Source: Lama glama (Eukaryota). From it: DNA of 64,000 nucleotides. Under the pieces are notes generated by a model. That model had not been told where the DNA came from. It made no database searches and worked only from the letters and a program-made list of their open reading frames with translations. A program made the position numbers and the translations under genes. Positions 26,799-38,737 of the stretch are shown in pieces (the stretch's first letter is position 1; the number at the start of each line of letters is the position of its first letter). The stretch spans positions 5,270,001 through 5,334,000 of the forward strand of contig CM052832.1 of NCBI GenBank assembly GCA_028534125.1. The letters run 5' to 3'.

Positions 26799-26960
26799 TA
26801 AAAAATATTTTATTTATTTACTGTTGTATTACTTATTTTACTTTGGTGGTGGGAGGAGGCAATTTGGTTTATTTATTTTTGGAGGAGGTACTGGGGATTG
26901 AACCCAGGGCCTTGTGTATGCTAAGCATGTGCTCTACCACTTGAGCTATACCCTCCTGCC
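26799..26960 (-). mobile_element. Camelid SINE (vic-1-like)
   Basis: Full tRNA-like head. Perfect TSD TCTAAATTCTT at 26788-26798 and 26961-26971. Confidence 0.92.
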
Positions 26961-27185
26961 TCTAAATTCTTACAAGTTGGATTTAGCAACAGTGGTTTAA
27001 CAAAACCATCTTTTTGCATTTTGAAGCATTGAGATCTAACTTTTGACTTAGACATCATTGCTGGAACCTAGATCCCTGTGTCATTAATGAATCTTAGCAT
27101 CAACCTTGTATAACTTTATTCTTAGAGGCCAAGTGATGCTCCAGATTAGTTCTAAATCCATGGCTGTGTTTTCCTGCCTAGAGAG

Positions 27186-27355
27186 GGTTGCCCCCAGTTA
27201 AATCGAGTTGTAGATAAACAAGAAATAATATTTTTAATATAAATATGTCCCAAGTATTGCATAGAACATAATTATACTTTAAAACACATTGTTTTTTAAA
27301 ATTTAAATTTAACTGGGTGTCCTGTACTTTGATTTACTAAATATTATAACTTTAT
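27186..27355. mobile_element. MER53 palindromic hAT MITE
   Basis: AGGGTTGCC..CCCAGTTAAAT..AGATAAACAA..TATGTCCCA..AAATTTAACTGGGTGTCCTGTA, with self-complementary arms. Confidence 0.85.
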
Positions 27356-27779
27356 ACCTAGAACTTTTTGTATAATTTATGTTGCACCTTAACATGTAGG
27401 TGGAAACATACAGTACATCCCCAAGTTGTTAACCACAGCCGTTTTCCAATTACACTGATATTTTTTTGTTCACTCTACTTCATCGTTACTCAAGTAGGCC
27501 ATACAAATCCAGACAAGGAGTCATCTGGAGAAGAAGTGATTGTTAAAAATTTTTGTCCCTCAGACTGTCTGAATGCTGAGATTGAGTCAGCTCTAGCAAT
27601 CTGCATTTCAAAAAGCGTTAAGGCTGATTTTTATGCACCAATAAAGCTGGGAGTGATTAGATTAAGGAGATGCAACAGAGCCTCCGAAATACAATAAAAT
27701 GTCAAGGAGATAATTCTGAGCTTCTGGCCTAAGTGATGCTCCCGCTGAGCCTGGCAGTGGGAGGAGGAGGAGAGACCAG

Positions 27780-28250
27780 GCCGGTGCATCAGGTGCCTGG
27801 GCCGTCTGTGGTCCCACCCGCCACTTCAGCTGGGGCTCTCAAGGTGGGTTCCTCTACCCCGACATCTGGACGAAGGCCTCCAGCATCTCCAGCTGTAACC
27901 GCAAATGGGCCGACTTCAGTTTGGCCAGCTGCTGTGGACAGCCACTAGGCCCCTGATCAATTCCATGAGTCATAAAACCATTTTAGCCACTAAACAATCA
28001 ACAGCTTTCCTGCCAGCAATGCATCCAACATCCTGCAATCATTTGAGAAGATAATTCATCAGTCATTCAAGACACATTGTGTCTCCTTGCTGAGAGCTAA
28101 ATTGCTGGCGAGGAGCCGATTGGAAAGCAGTTGTTCAGCACTCTTGATTGCTTACCTGGTAAAATTTATTCGGTGCAATTTATATCATGATCGCAGCCTG
28201 CAAAACAATTTTTGAAATCCTCATAATCAACTGATTTAGGCAACTTAGAT
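27780..28250. promoter_or_regulatory. Candidate enhancer (E-box cluster, AP-1, SOX motifs)
   Basis: Six CANNTG in 27790-27931, TGAGTCA at 27966, AACAAT at 27993 and 28204. No repeat recognised. Confidence 0.35.
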
Positions 28251-28667
28251 TCTAATAATAAAATTGAGATTCTGTAAGGACTCACCTCTGAGAAAATATT
28301 GCTCATAAATCTGAGTCTTCCTGAGCATGTATTAGGTCAGTGAGTCTGAATTTAAATTCACTGTGGGACAGAAATTCCTTACATTTAATAATGTTGATCC
28401 TGCAAGCAAAAGATGTGCAGATGGGAAAAATATAGATCAGAGATAATCTCAGTGGTAACAGTCAGGGAACAATGAACTGTTAGCTATAAACCTGTGAAAC
28501 CTTGTTTTCCAGTCTGCACAGTACACATTGTGAAACTCTGCTCTAGGACAGACTTCTGATATTTACATCAGATTTTTCTTCTTACTTGAAGCAGATCTTC
28601 TTTTAATTTTAATCTCTTTTACTTCGGGTTTTAGGCCTGTGAGAGTCAGGTTAAGCATACTGTCACA

Positions 28668-29460
28668 TGTTGAGGTACATTTTTTCTATACCCATTTTAC
28701 TGAGAGTTGTTTGTTTTGTTTTGTTTTTTTTACCATAAATGGATGTTGAATCTTGTCGAATGCTTTTTCCCAATCTGTTGAGATCATCATCATGTTTTTA
28801 TCTTTCACTTTGTTAATGCTGTATATCATATTGATTGATTTGTAGATGTTGAGGCACCCCTGGAATAAATCCCACGTGACCATGGTGTGTGATCCTTTGA
28901 ATGCNNNNNNNNNNNNNNNNNNNNNNNNNNNNNNNNNNNNNNNNNNNNNNNNNNNNNNNNNNNNNNNNNNNNNNNNNNNNNNNNNNNNNNNNNNNNNNNN
29001 NNNNNNNNNNNNNNNNNNNNNNNNNNNNNNNNNNNNNNNNNNNNNNNNNNNNNNNNNNNNNNNGAATAGTTTGATAAGGACAGGTGTTAAATCCTCTGAA
29101 TGTTTGGTAGAATTCACCTGTGAATCTGCTTGTTTTGGGGGGAGCTTTTTAATTACTGTTCCAATTTCTGTACTAGTGATGCATCTACTCAGCTTTTCTA
29201 TTTCTTCTTGATTCCGCCTTGGAATTTTGTATGGCTCCGAGGGTTTGTCTTTGTCTTGTAGGCTGTCCAATGTGTTGGGGTATAGCTGCGTATAGTATTC
29301 TTTTATAATCCTTTGTATTTCTGTGGTGTTCATTGTTATTTCTCCTATTTCATTTCTGATTTTATTTATCAGAGCCCTCTTTCTCTTTTTCTTAGTGACT
29401 CTAGATAGAGGTTTATCAATTTTGTTGATTTTTCAAAGAACCAGCTCTTTCTTTGATCTT
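28668..29460 (-). mobile_element. L1 ORF2 (reverse transcriptase region) remnant, spanning N gap 28905-29063
   Basis: Translation [55 protein letters not shown] is typical L1 ORF2p; frameshifted. Confidence 0.92.
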
Positions 29461-29725
29461 TTCTTTTTTTATTGAAGTATAGTTGATTTCCAATATTACA
29501 TTAGTTTCAGGTGTGCAACATAGTGATTCAATTCAGTTTTTTTATAGATTTAAAAGTTTTTACCATTTAAAGTTATTACCAAATACTAGCCACGCCGTTG
29601 CCAGTGGGGAAAGGGAAGAGGGGGAGTAAGAGGTGAAGGATTAAGAGACACAAACTATTATGTACAAAATTAATAAGCAACAAAGATATATTGTACATCA
29701 CAGGGAAATATGGCTATTATCTTGT
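29461..29725 (-). mobile_element. Short 5'-inverted L1 3' end
   Basis: 29461-29592 is the antisense terminus (T-tract, ATTGAAGTATAGTTGATTT). 29596-29725 is the adjacent upstream 3' UTR in the opposite orientation. Confidence 0.8.
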
Positions 29726-30769
29726 TTATATTTGGTATGCTTTATTTTTAACTACCGTATTGGATCCAAGAATGTAGGACTCTTGTTTTATGCAACACTG
29801 TTTCCCTGTCTCTAAAACAAATAGTCTATTGGTATAAAATACATTGAATGAGTGAATTGGATGAGTGAATTAATGAATAAAATAAATATTGCAATGAAAA
29901 TACCTGTACATGAATTTTAACTTCCTCATTATTGAGCATAGTGACCAGTACCTAATACATTCTTTAAATATTTGCTAAATAACTGGATAACTAATTACAT
30001 AAATGAAGAACATAGTAAACTAAAACACAGTGAAATATGGTGCATTGTAATGAAATCAGGAAGTAACACAGGAGTAAGAAAAGGAACACACATTTTTTTC
30101 CTGAGGTTTCAAAGAAGAAAATACTTGAAAACTAGATTAAATTGCAGCATAACCTAGTTCATTAAGGTGAAAATAACTCTTTCTTTTTTCTGTAAAATAC
30201 ATTAGGTATCGTGCCAATCTGTAGGCCATTGTGACCTCTTAATTAATTCTGGAAAAGAAATGTCATTGTCACCTTTCAGTGTATCCACTTGGGTGTATTT
30301 TCTCAGACCTTAGAAAAATACAGTGCCCTGGACAGTTACGCAAGTTTCCTTTAAAAGATTCCGTTGAACAAAACAAGCAAAAGAGGCAGCAGAAGGAAGT
30401 GGGGGAATGTGCACCTGCAGTCCCACACCCGCTCTGTCCTGCATCTCCCCACTGGAAGCTGAATGGCTTGTGAACCTTCCTTACGGTCCTCCTGGGGAGC
30501 CTCGCACTCTGGCTGGGTGTGCTGCCTGCTAACTCTCACTTCAGGGCTCTTTCAAGCTATAAAAATATAAAGCCCAGCATAGCTCAAAACATCATAAGTA
30601 AATGGTATTCTGTGACTTTTGGCTTAAAGCTGGGTGGGGGGGGGCTTTTTTTTCAAAATCTTTCATTTTTCACTTAGTTCTTCATATAAGAAAACAAAGG
30701 AAAGTTTTGAAATTTCAGGGACACCTGTCAGTCATTTTGTTGTTGTTTGCTTTTGTTTTTAAACACGTT

Positions 30770-30918
30770 CTTTTATTTATTCATTCATTCATTCATTCAC
30801 TTATGGGGAGCAGATAATCAGGTTTATTTATTTATTTCTTTAATGGAGGTACTGGGAACTGAACCCAGGATCTCGTGCCTGCTAAGCACACGCTCTACCA
30901 CTGAGCTCTACCCTCCCC
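30770..30918 (-). mobile_element. Camelid SINE (vic-1-like) with (TTCA)n tail
   Basis: AATGGAGGTACTGGG..TGAACCCAGGA..CGCTCTACCACTGAGCT.TACCCTCCCC. Confidence 0.9.
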
Positions 30919-31874
30919 AACCTCCTTTTACTTTTAACTTATGTTAAGTAATGAATATACTTTACCTTCAGTGGTTTCTCGGACAGCCCTCTGCTAGGAG
31001 CTCCGCTCCTGTGTCTTCACGTTCCAGGCGGCACATACTCTTTCTGTTCTTAAGAAGGGTGGATCGAGAGCAATCCAGCTCTCTGGTTAGGAGTCAGGGT
31101 TCTGGGAGGAGTGAGGTGACCCAGCTCTCGCTCTCTCTGTCTCATGATAAGATGAATGAGCAGGAGGGCATCCAGCAAAGGCTTTTATCAGTTTTCACTT
31201 GGGGCCCTGAAAAATGAATTTCTTAAGCTGTAAAGGAAATAAGAAGCAAACAGGCGTGATTTCTCAGGACAGAGAACAGGATATAAAATGTTGCACGATA
31301 TATTTAGTTTTTGTTTCCTGGCTTGACTGAAACCTATGCTTATCTTTTTGGCAGGCTCTGGCCCCAGCCCCGTGGAACCGTGCTCCAGGGCCACTCTCGA
31401 TGATAACTTCTCAGGCCTGTCTCCCTCTAGACGAAGTGAGAACTGGGCTGGAGACAGTGGTCACCTGTCTATTCCTAGAAGCAGGACTTTCCAAGGGAAG
31501 CCTGCCACTTTAAGAAAATTAGTTTCACCTTCCTTTTGGCAGGTAGACAGTTTATTATCATGTCTAAAATCATAAGCACCTGGAGCCACCAATCCTTGTG
31601 TTTGAAAATTACACTGTGTCTGATATATAGTGTCTTGTAAAGAAAAGTAAGACAATGTCACTCAAAAACTAACACATGCAAAATCACAATTCAGTGTTAA
31701 ATATAATTATGGTTATTAATCACCATTTTTCTGATACTAAACTTAACATTTAATTTGATGTGTATGGTAGTCTATTAATATAAATTCTATTGTTCTGAAA
31801 ATAACAGAGACAATAATGAGCGTGCACCAGTTTAAATATACTGCGAGCGACGTGGTGAACAGGAAATAGCAAAA

Positions 31875-32020
31875 TGGTGTAGTCAGAGCTGGGTTCAAAT
31901 ATTGATCCCACCATCAGTGGGCAAATTATGTAAACGTGTTGAGTCTGTTTCCTCATTTGTAAGTTGGAAAAGTTATTCCTGAGTTTCTAGAGCTGTTGTG
32001 AAGGTTGAATGTGAAGTATT
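31875..32020 (+). mobile_element. MIR SINE
   Basis: AGTCAGAGCTGGGTTCAAAT..GGGCAAATTA..GTTTCCTCATTTGTAA..GCTGTTGTGAAG. Confidence 0.75.
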
Positions 32021-32764
32021 TGGATTTTTTGCTAACATTCCAGGGGCAAAAAAGTTAGAAGGGGAAACAAATGATTAGTCCATAAAACGATCAGTCAGCC
32101 AAGAACTATAGCTCGTCTTTCATCATTCCATGTACACAATGAAGCACTCATTAATGCAGATGGTTAATGACAACATCAGCATGAAGGTGCATAGCTAGCT
32201 AGAGTCCATCAATTTCTGAACTCACCACACCAAGTTACTTGTCATAGGCACTACCTCTCCAGCTCCTATCTGAAGCGCATTCCATCATGCTTCAAAGTAG
32301 CAAACTCCTGCAACATTTGAAATACGTTTTGCTTTATGTGGATTAAATTTGCACAATTATTGTGCACAGCAGATCTCTAGCATTAGCAGATTTTCTGTTA
32401 GCAACATCATCAGAAATCCCCAGATACACGATTTCTCCGAGGCTAGCCTGATGAGCAACATAACCTGCTGGGTTGATGATCTCTGAAGAGCAATGTAATT
32501 CATCACTACCTCTCCCACGGTCTGTTGCTCAATTTAGGGAATTCTTACTGCTGCTCTCCTGTTCGGGGAGCTGCTGGGCAGAGGCAGAGTCCAGGCTGGC
32601 CCTGACAGCAACCATTCCCAGGCAGAGCAAGCTTCCCGTGGCTTTATTTAATAGGAAGGAGCATCTGGCAACAGGATAAACCTTTCATCTTTGAGCTGCA
32701 ATTAATTCACCAGCATCAGTTCTTTCAGAATTATTGAAGCCCTTCTGGGAATTAATGTTTGTGA

Positions 32765-33033
32765 TTTTTTTAATTGGAGTGCAGTTGACTTGTAATATTA
32801 TCTTGGTTTCAGGCGTACATCATAGTGATTCAATATTTTTACAGATTATACACCATAGAAAGTTATTATGAAATATTGACTATATTCCTAGTGGCTTATT
32901 TATTTTATAATAGATAGTTTGTGCATCTTAATCCCCTTCCCTTCACCCCTCCTCGCACTCCTCCACCTTCTGGTGACCACTCACTTGTTCTCTGTAACTG
33001 TGAGTCTGTTACTATTTGTTCATCTGTTCGTTT
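32765..33033 (-). mobile_element. L1 3' end
   Basis: TTAATTGGAGTGCAGTTGAC..GTTTCAGGCGTACATCATAGTGATTC..TGTGAGTCTGTT. Confidence 0.85.
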
Positions 33034-33329
33034 CAATTTCTGAGGATGGGAAAAGTAATTTAATGGCTTAGAAGTCTAATCTAATAAGCTTTCCTCCAGT
33101 TTTACCTGAAATGCAAACCCCAGTGCCTTCCTTTTAACTTCCTTACTCAGTATCTAAATTTAATACCAGTTTTCTGGCACTTTAAACTCTTTGAAAGAAT
33201 AAAAGTGAAAACAGAAGATAAAATTTTAAGGACCAGCAGGGGGAAGTGAGAAGACATCTTGAGACTGACACGTGATAATTTCTACCAAATCACAGCAACT
33301 TTAAACTAGAACTGATTTTAAAGTCGTGT

Positions 33330-33790
33330 TCGTTTGAGTCACCTGGGATGCAGACACCAAGATGAATTTAGACGTGCAAGAGAAAGGAAGGGAGGTCGGA
33401 GCAGGACGATCCTGTAGAGTCTGGTGCAGTCTGGGGCCAGTGACGGAGAGGGGGAAGGAAGGGACTTTTGAGAGGAAGAGTCTTCTGGAATGGAAGAACA
33501 GCTCTGAGGAACTTTGGCAAGGCCAGTGGGGAGTCTGCGAGGCAGAGATGCCCACTAGAAGAGAGCTGGTCCTGCAGGGATGGGCGCGCTCCAGCACTCC
33601 TGCTGGGCTCAGTGTCTGGAGGCATCAGGAAGGAAGTGGGCAAATGTTATGAAGGACCCAGAGAGAGAGCCGCTGGGACCATCAGCCTGTTTTAACCTTC
33701 CAGCAGGAACTTTGAGCAGCAATGCTTGTGGCTACATCAGTCCACCTCTGGTATGACGTAGACCTTTTCCACACATGTTCACACAGAAGC
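33330..33790 (-). mobile_element. LTR16-family (ERV-L) LTR, the 3' LTR of the adjacent provirus
   Basis: GCAGACACCAAGA..ACGTGCAAGAGA..GGAGAGGGGGAAGGAAGG..CAGCTCTGAG..GGGGAGTC..TGCCCA.TAGA. Abuts the end of ERV-L pol. Confidence 0.65.
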
Positions 33791-35388
33791 TCCTACATGG
33801 TCTTCATGAGCCTCGAGGGAAAACTTGCAAGAGGGAATTAATGGGATGAACTACAATCCTTGTTGCTACAGTTGGTCTGGGAGTCACCACTCATACTCAT
33901 CATCTGCCTCTCCTTTCCCATCTAAATTCCTCGTACCCGCTGCTGTCACTTCAGCTGGTGTGAGTGGCTGCCAAGTAACCGAAAGCCATTTCTGACACGT
34001 CTGAGCCATGATCCCAGCTTTCCCAGGTTGGGGTTGTTGCCCAAATCTCTTCCCAGATGAAACAAGGTGAGGAAGTGCCGACACGCACCCAAACCCATTA
34101 CCTGGGGCTCCTCCTCCTCCCAGACTCACGTGTTTATCGTGTTGGGAACACAGGACCGCATAGAGGTCTCCAGCGTCAGGCGTACCATCCTTTCCGAGTG
34201 TCACCTCTGGGTGGGAACTTCAGTTGTGCCCTTTGAAACTATGAATTCATACAGTCTCAGTAACTTAGGAGGCAGTGGATTCTGAGCAGTGCAGTGGATA
34301 ATGCCGGTGAACCCCACGGTCACAGGCCCACTCCCCCACCCACTTTGCTACACAGTGGCTGTCTTATCTCCATGTTCTTTTGTTTGAAATTCTGTGCTTT
34401 GGATCAGGCATTTTATAAACACTCAGATAATGATGCTTCCGATTTAAAAAAAATTTTTTTAATTTATTTTTAATGGAAAGATTGAGGATTGAACCCAGGA
34501 CCTTGTACATGCTAGGCATGTACTCTACCACTGAGCTACACCCTCCCTCACGATGCTTCTGATTTCTACCAGCAAGAAAGGCAAACATATCCTTAGGGTA
34601 GTATCTGTCCTTGTGAAGATGAACCACTGGCTCTTTCAGAATATAGGAGGCTCAGTGTAGTTGGCTTGCTCTCCAGGTGGCCAGCGTTTATTTCTCATGA
34701 GGAAAGGTGCCACACTGGGGACTCAGCCTTGGCCTTCACTGCTGACAGTTTCAGCGTGCAGAGGGGGCAGTAGCTAGGTGAGCCTTGGTGAGCTAGTCCA
34801 CACTTCTAGGCCCATACCTACCTCTCATCTCTTCCACCAGGGCCCCTCTGTTTATGTGCACGTTAGGCCAATTTCACGGTGGCCAGTGAAGGCTAATGTC
34901 AGCTGCTCAGGTCTTTTTTGAGTGACTGATTGCTCAGTTCCTCCCATCAGGTGCATACTTTCTGGTGGGGGGTTCGAGTGTGATACAAAAATGTTCACGC
35001 TGTGTTCGCATCCTCATAGATGCTTCTATGTGCTGCTACACCAGCCTTGCTGTCATCTGATCTTCCAGTCCTTTTCCTTCCAGGCACCTAACCGGAAGGC
35101 CAGGTCATCGGTCACTTCCCAGGAACATAGACACATTTGAATGTATGCATGTATATAAGTAGCCAGCTTTCATCTGTCTCTAATCTATCTTTTTCCCTTA
35201 GGTTCCTTCTTCCATAAAAGGTGAATGGCCAGGTGTACTGCTTAGAGCTTTTCCTGTTGGGAATATTTCATCTTTTACGCTATCTTGCAAGACTAGCCTT
35301 CCATGTGGTTATAATACAGCCGCTGTCCACTTTGACCTTGCATCCCACATACTGAGCTAACCCTTTACTATCTGTGTCTGCTTTGGGC
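33790..35388 (-). pseudogene. Decayed ERV-L pol (RNase H, integrase, C-terminal tail), interrupted by a SINE
   Basis: Minus-strand peptides SWEVTDDLAFRLGAWKEKDWKIR, QQPQPGK, PAEVTAAGTRNL and DQL*QQGL* match ERV-L Pol (SWAVANGLAGWSG.WKE.DWKI; PAEVLAEGKGN..DQLQKRGL*). Many stops and frameshifts. Confidence 0.82.
34446..34549 (-). mobile_element. Camelid SINE (vic-1-like) nested in ERV-L integrase
   Basis: tRNA-like head. 16-bp TSD A(T/C)GATGCTTC(C/T)GATTT at 34430-34445 and 34550-34565. Confidence 0.9.
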
Positions 35389-35389
35389 G

Positions 35390-35575
35390 TCAGACAAATA
35401 CTGGATGTATGAAATGAGTGGCAAATATTTTCTTCTCTTCTGCTGTCTGGAAGAGATTTTTTTCCTTAATTTGTGCTAGTCGCATAAATATTTGGTAATA
35501 TTCTCTGAAACCAAGAGGGCCTTCAGATTTCTTTGAGGGGAGCTTTTTAGTAACTGCTTCAATTTGGAACACTTT
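35390..35575 (-). mobile_element. L1 ORF2 fragment
   Basis: IEAVTKKLPSKKSEGPLGF.EYYQIF resembles L1 [27 protein letters not shown]. Confidence 0.8.
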
Positions 35576-36792
35576 GTTGGGATATATTGGGGTTTTAACA
35601 CCTTGGCAAAGGCTCCTGAGGATGAGGCTGACTCAGTGATGGGAGACCCTCAGAAGTTTGGATAAATCAGTGACCAATCTTGAGTTAAAGGGAAATGTCT
35701 GAGTTTTTCCCCGGAAGATAGGAAATCTTACTGTTAGAAAGTGCTAACAGTTCACATTTCTAGAAATCTTTCTTACAAAACTAGTCAAGTCCTGAGGCAG
35801 AAAGTAGGGTAAAGGGGCTTTTGAAGTTGGTTTCTGAAAAATAGAGATATCTCAGGGCAGAAAACAGACTACGTGGCAAGCTGGAATGAGAGCTGAGGTC
35901 CTAAACATCACCCATCAGACCGGAGCAGATGGGCATAAAGTCAGGTCCAGAGTTCATACCCACTTGGTAGCTTTACCAGTTCCATCACACGAGATACGCA
36001 GGAAACCTAAATCTCTCCCTCTCATCAGCATTCCCAGACGTCAGAAAGATCCTAGGACCCAGAAGCACTCAGGGGATTTTCAGACATCATCAAGATTCCA
36101 CATAGAACAACCGCAGAAGGAAATTCTGCAAATTGTATTCAGTCCCAAAAAGGAAACATAGAGGATGCATTGGCTGAACTGAAACAAGTGAAGTAGGTGC
36201 TGGCTAAATGGCTAGAGAGAAGTAAATAGTGGTCTCTCGGCTGTGAAATTAAGATCCTCTCATCCCAAATGTGCTGTGTTTATATCTTCTGACTGTCACT
36301 AAGTGATTACTGAAAGTGAATGAACTTAACAGAAAACAGTCCCTATCTATGCTTTGCAATATCTGGTCCTTCTGTGTTTTTTTTTCCCCCCAAGTCATAA
36401 CCAGTTTTATTGCAAAAGGACCCTGTACACATTTATCAATTCTAGTACCTTGATAGCTACACAAATGGTTAACATACAGAAACATGCGTCACAAGAAGCA
36501 AGAAATATCACCCATCCCCCCTGCATGTTAGCAGCCTATCGCTCCTGAGCAATGGTGCTCACATCACTGAGGAACACTTTTTGCATTCATCCGGAGTGAA
36601 TGATGGAGTGACTTAAGTACAAGTGCAACACGGTATAAGGAGTTCCAACGAATAGCTGAAGAATTTGTCCCTATGAAATGCTGTTAAGATTCGAAGTATG
36701 GGAACTAAATTATGTACAATATCACAGTATACCAGGACACCGTAATGTGTCTTACCTTCTTGCAAATCTGGTACTGGGCACAAGTTTCTTTT

Positions 36793-36918
36793 AGGTGGCT
36801 TTTGGGGGCGGGGCAAGGTAATTAGATTACTTACTTTTAGTGGAGGCACCGGGGATTGGACTCAGGACCTCATGAGTGCTAGGCATACACTCTACCACTG
36901 AGCTGTACCCTCCCCCAT
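36793..36918 (-). mobile_element. Camelid SINE (vic-1-like)
   Basis: tRNA-like head. TSD CACAAGT(T/C)TCTTTT at 36779-36792 and 36919-36932. Confidence 0.9.
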
Positions 36919-37230
36919 CACAAGTCTCTTTTAAATAGAAAGTTTCTGTGCATTCTTTTAGTACTTTGCCTTATACCAAATGTCATTTTAATTTTTTCTG
37001 GTCTTAAGCGTTGTGACCAAAGGCTTAGCTATTGCCTGTTTATTTGAGAGGTGACTCTGTTCTTGGTGGTACTTAGATGGTCACTGCTGCCTCCTTCCCA
37101 GTCCAGACCTCTCGTGCTAACTTGTGAGGGCTCTTAAACCGCAGTGTCAGGGTGATAAGGTCTGGTACTTGTCATTTGGATGCTCCGAGAAACATCTGCT
37201 CCTTCGTAAGGAGCTGCAGTGTGTTGGCAG

Positions 37231-37406
37231 CAGGGCCGGCTTCGTGCACGTGTGACTTGTGTAGTCACACAAGACCCCTTGCTTAACAGGGCCCAGTGCT
37301 CGGTTTAGTGCTCTGCTCTCACTGTCTTTGAAATTGTTAGCTTTCAAATAAAGAAACTAGCGTTTTTATTTTGCTCCTAGTCGTGCGAATTATGTGCCTG
37401 GTCCCG
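37231..37406 (+). mobile_element. MER45A (hAT-Tip100 MITE)
   Basis: CAGGGCCGGCTTC..GGGCCC..GGTTTAGTGCTCTGCT..TTTTGC..AATTATGT.CCTGGTCCCG, with terminal inverted repeats. Confidence 0.8.
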
Positions 37407-38089
37407 GTTGGACCTGAAATCAGGGAATGAGAGTGGCGGCCTCTCTCGGGATGGAGAGGCAATCCTCTGCCCTGGCGCGCCTGGGAGTCCTGTCCCGGGA
37501 GGTTTGACGTGGAGGGGACTGGACCCAGCTGACATCCCTCTCACTGCTGAAGAGTCTCTCTCTCTGACAGGCCTCTTCACAACATCTCAAGTGTTTAGTT
37601 TACTCGGAAAATAGTTTATCCAGAGAGAGGAAAAAAGGAGGAAAGGAGAAGTGGCAAACCGAAGCCGAGTCCTGTCAGTTACTGGAGAACACGGGGGGAA
37701 GCCACGCCCTCTTGTGCTTCCGGCTCTTCCTCTCGCCTATAACACAGCCATCGGCAATCTGCTAGGTCTTGCCCACTCGTACTGTGCCGATGGTATTACA
37801 GTGCTTGCTAGTCTGCAAACTGTCTCAGGCAGCGGAGGTTTAGTGTGTGTAAGCCACTTACAAATCCTGGGTGGAGAGACACAAAATACAGTAGATGTTC
37901 AGTCACAGCACAGAAAAATACTACCGTCTGTCCACATGGAAATCTCACAGGTGCCATCTTTGTTCTAGCTGGCAAAGACTTACAACTTAGGCTGAAAGTA
38001 GTATAAAGCCGTTTCCTGAGCTTAGGCTCTAATTAAGGAGAGAAGGGAAAGAAAATGACTGCTTAGGAAAGGAAGCAAGACAGGCTCAA

Positions 38090-38300
38090 AGATGTATATA
38101 TGCACACATCTATGTGTGTGTGTATATATATACATACACAATTGCAATATAAATGTTTATATATACGATACATACACACAAATATATACAATTGCAATAT
38201 GTATATGATATGTATGCACAAATATGTATGTACAATTTCAATATAATATACTATATATACACAAATATAAATATGTAATTTCAGTATATATTATAATTTC
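38090..38300. repeat. AT-rich (TA/TG/CA) low-complexity tract
   Basis: Degenerate alternating purine-pyrimidine repeats with recurring ACAATT(G/T)CAATAT. Confidence 0.85.
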
Positions 38301-38737
38301 AATGTCATCATTCTGGTTTTTACCCAGCACTATAGATGACTGACATAATATTGAACTTGAAGTTTTTAAGAAGTCATACCACCTCTGCCTTCATGCTCAG
38401 GGAACCCATAAATTTGGTAATTCTTTCTTCTTTCTTTTCATTCCACTAATGGCATTGTTGTTAAAGAGGACACATTTAAGCAGATTAAAAGTTAACTTCT
38501 TAGTCACATTTATTAATCATCGGATTTCTTATATATCGCTGGGCTTTTTGAATTTTTATGGGAAATGATATTATCTTTTACATCCATGTAGCATAGTAAG
38601 TTTGAATGTGAAACGTTCTGTATCTAGCCATTTTGCAATACGTTCCTTTTTTTTTTTTTTTTCCGGGAGAGGGAGCAGATTCTTCATTGACCCTGTGAAA
38701 TGTAACATGTCAGCCCTCATCTACCTCATTTATTCTT

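Noticed and set aside
26884-26960. tRNA-Ala(AGC)-like sequence with A and B boxes (also in six other copies)
   Set aside because: It has a SINE tail and TSDs, so it is a retroposon and not a tRNA gene.
27368-27697. 109-aa ORF in unique sequence
   Set aside because: Non-ATG start, no recognisable domain and no convincing splice boundaries.
37651-37968. 105-aa ORF in a mildly CpG-rich patch
   Set aside because: GTG start, no homology recognised, and too short and weak to be a CpG-island promoter.
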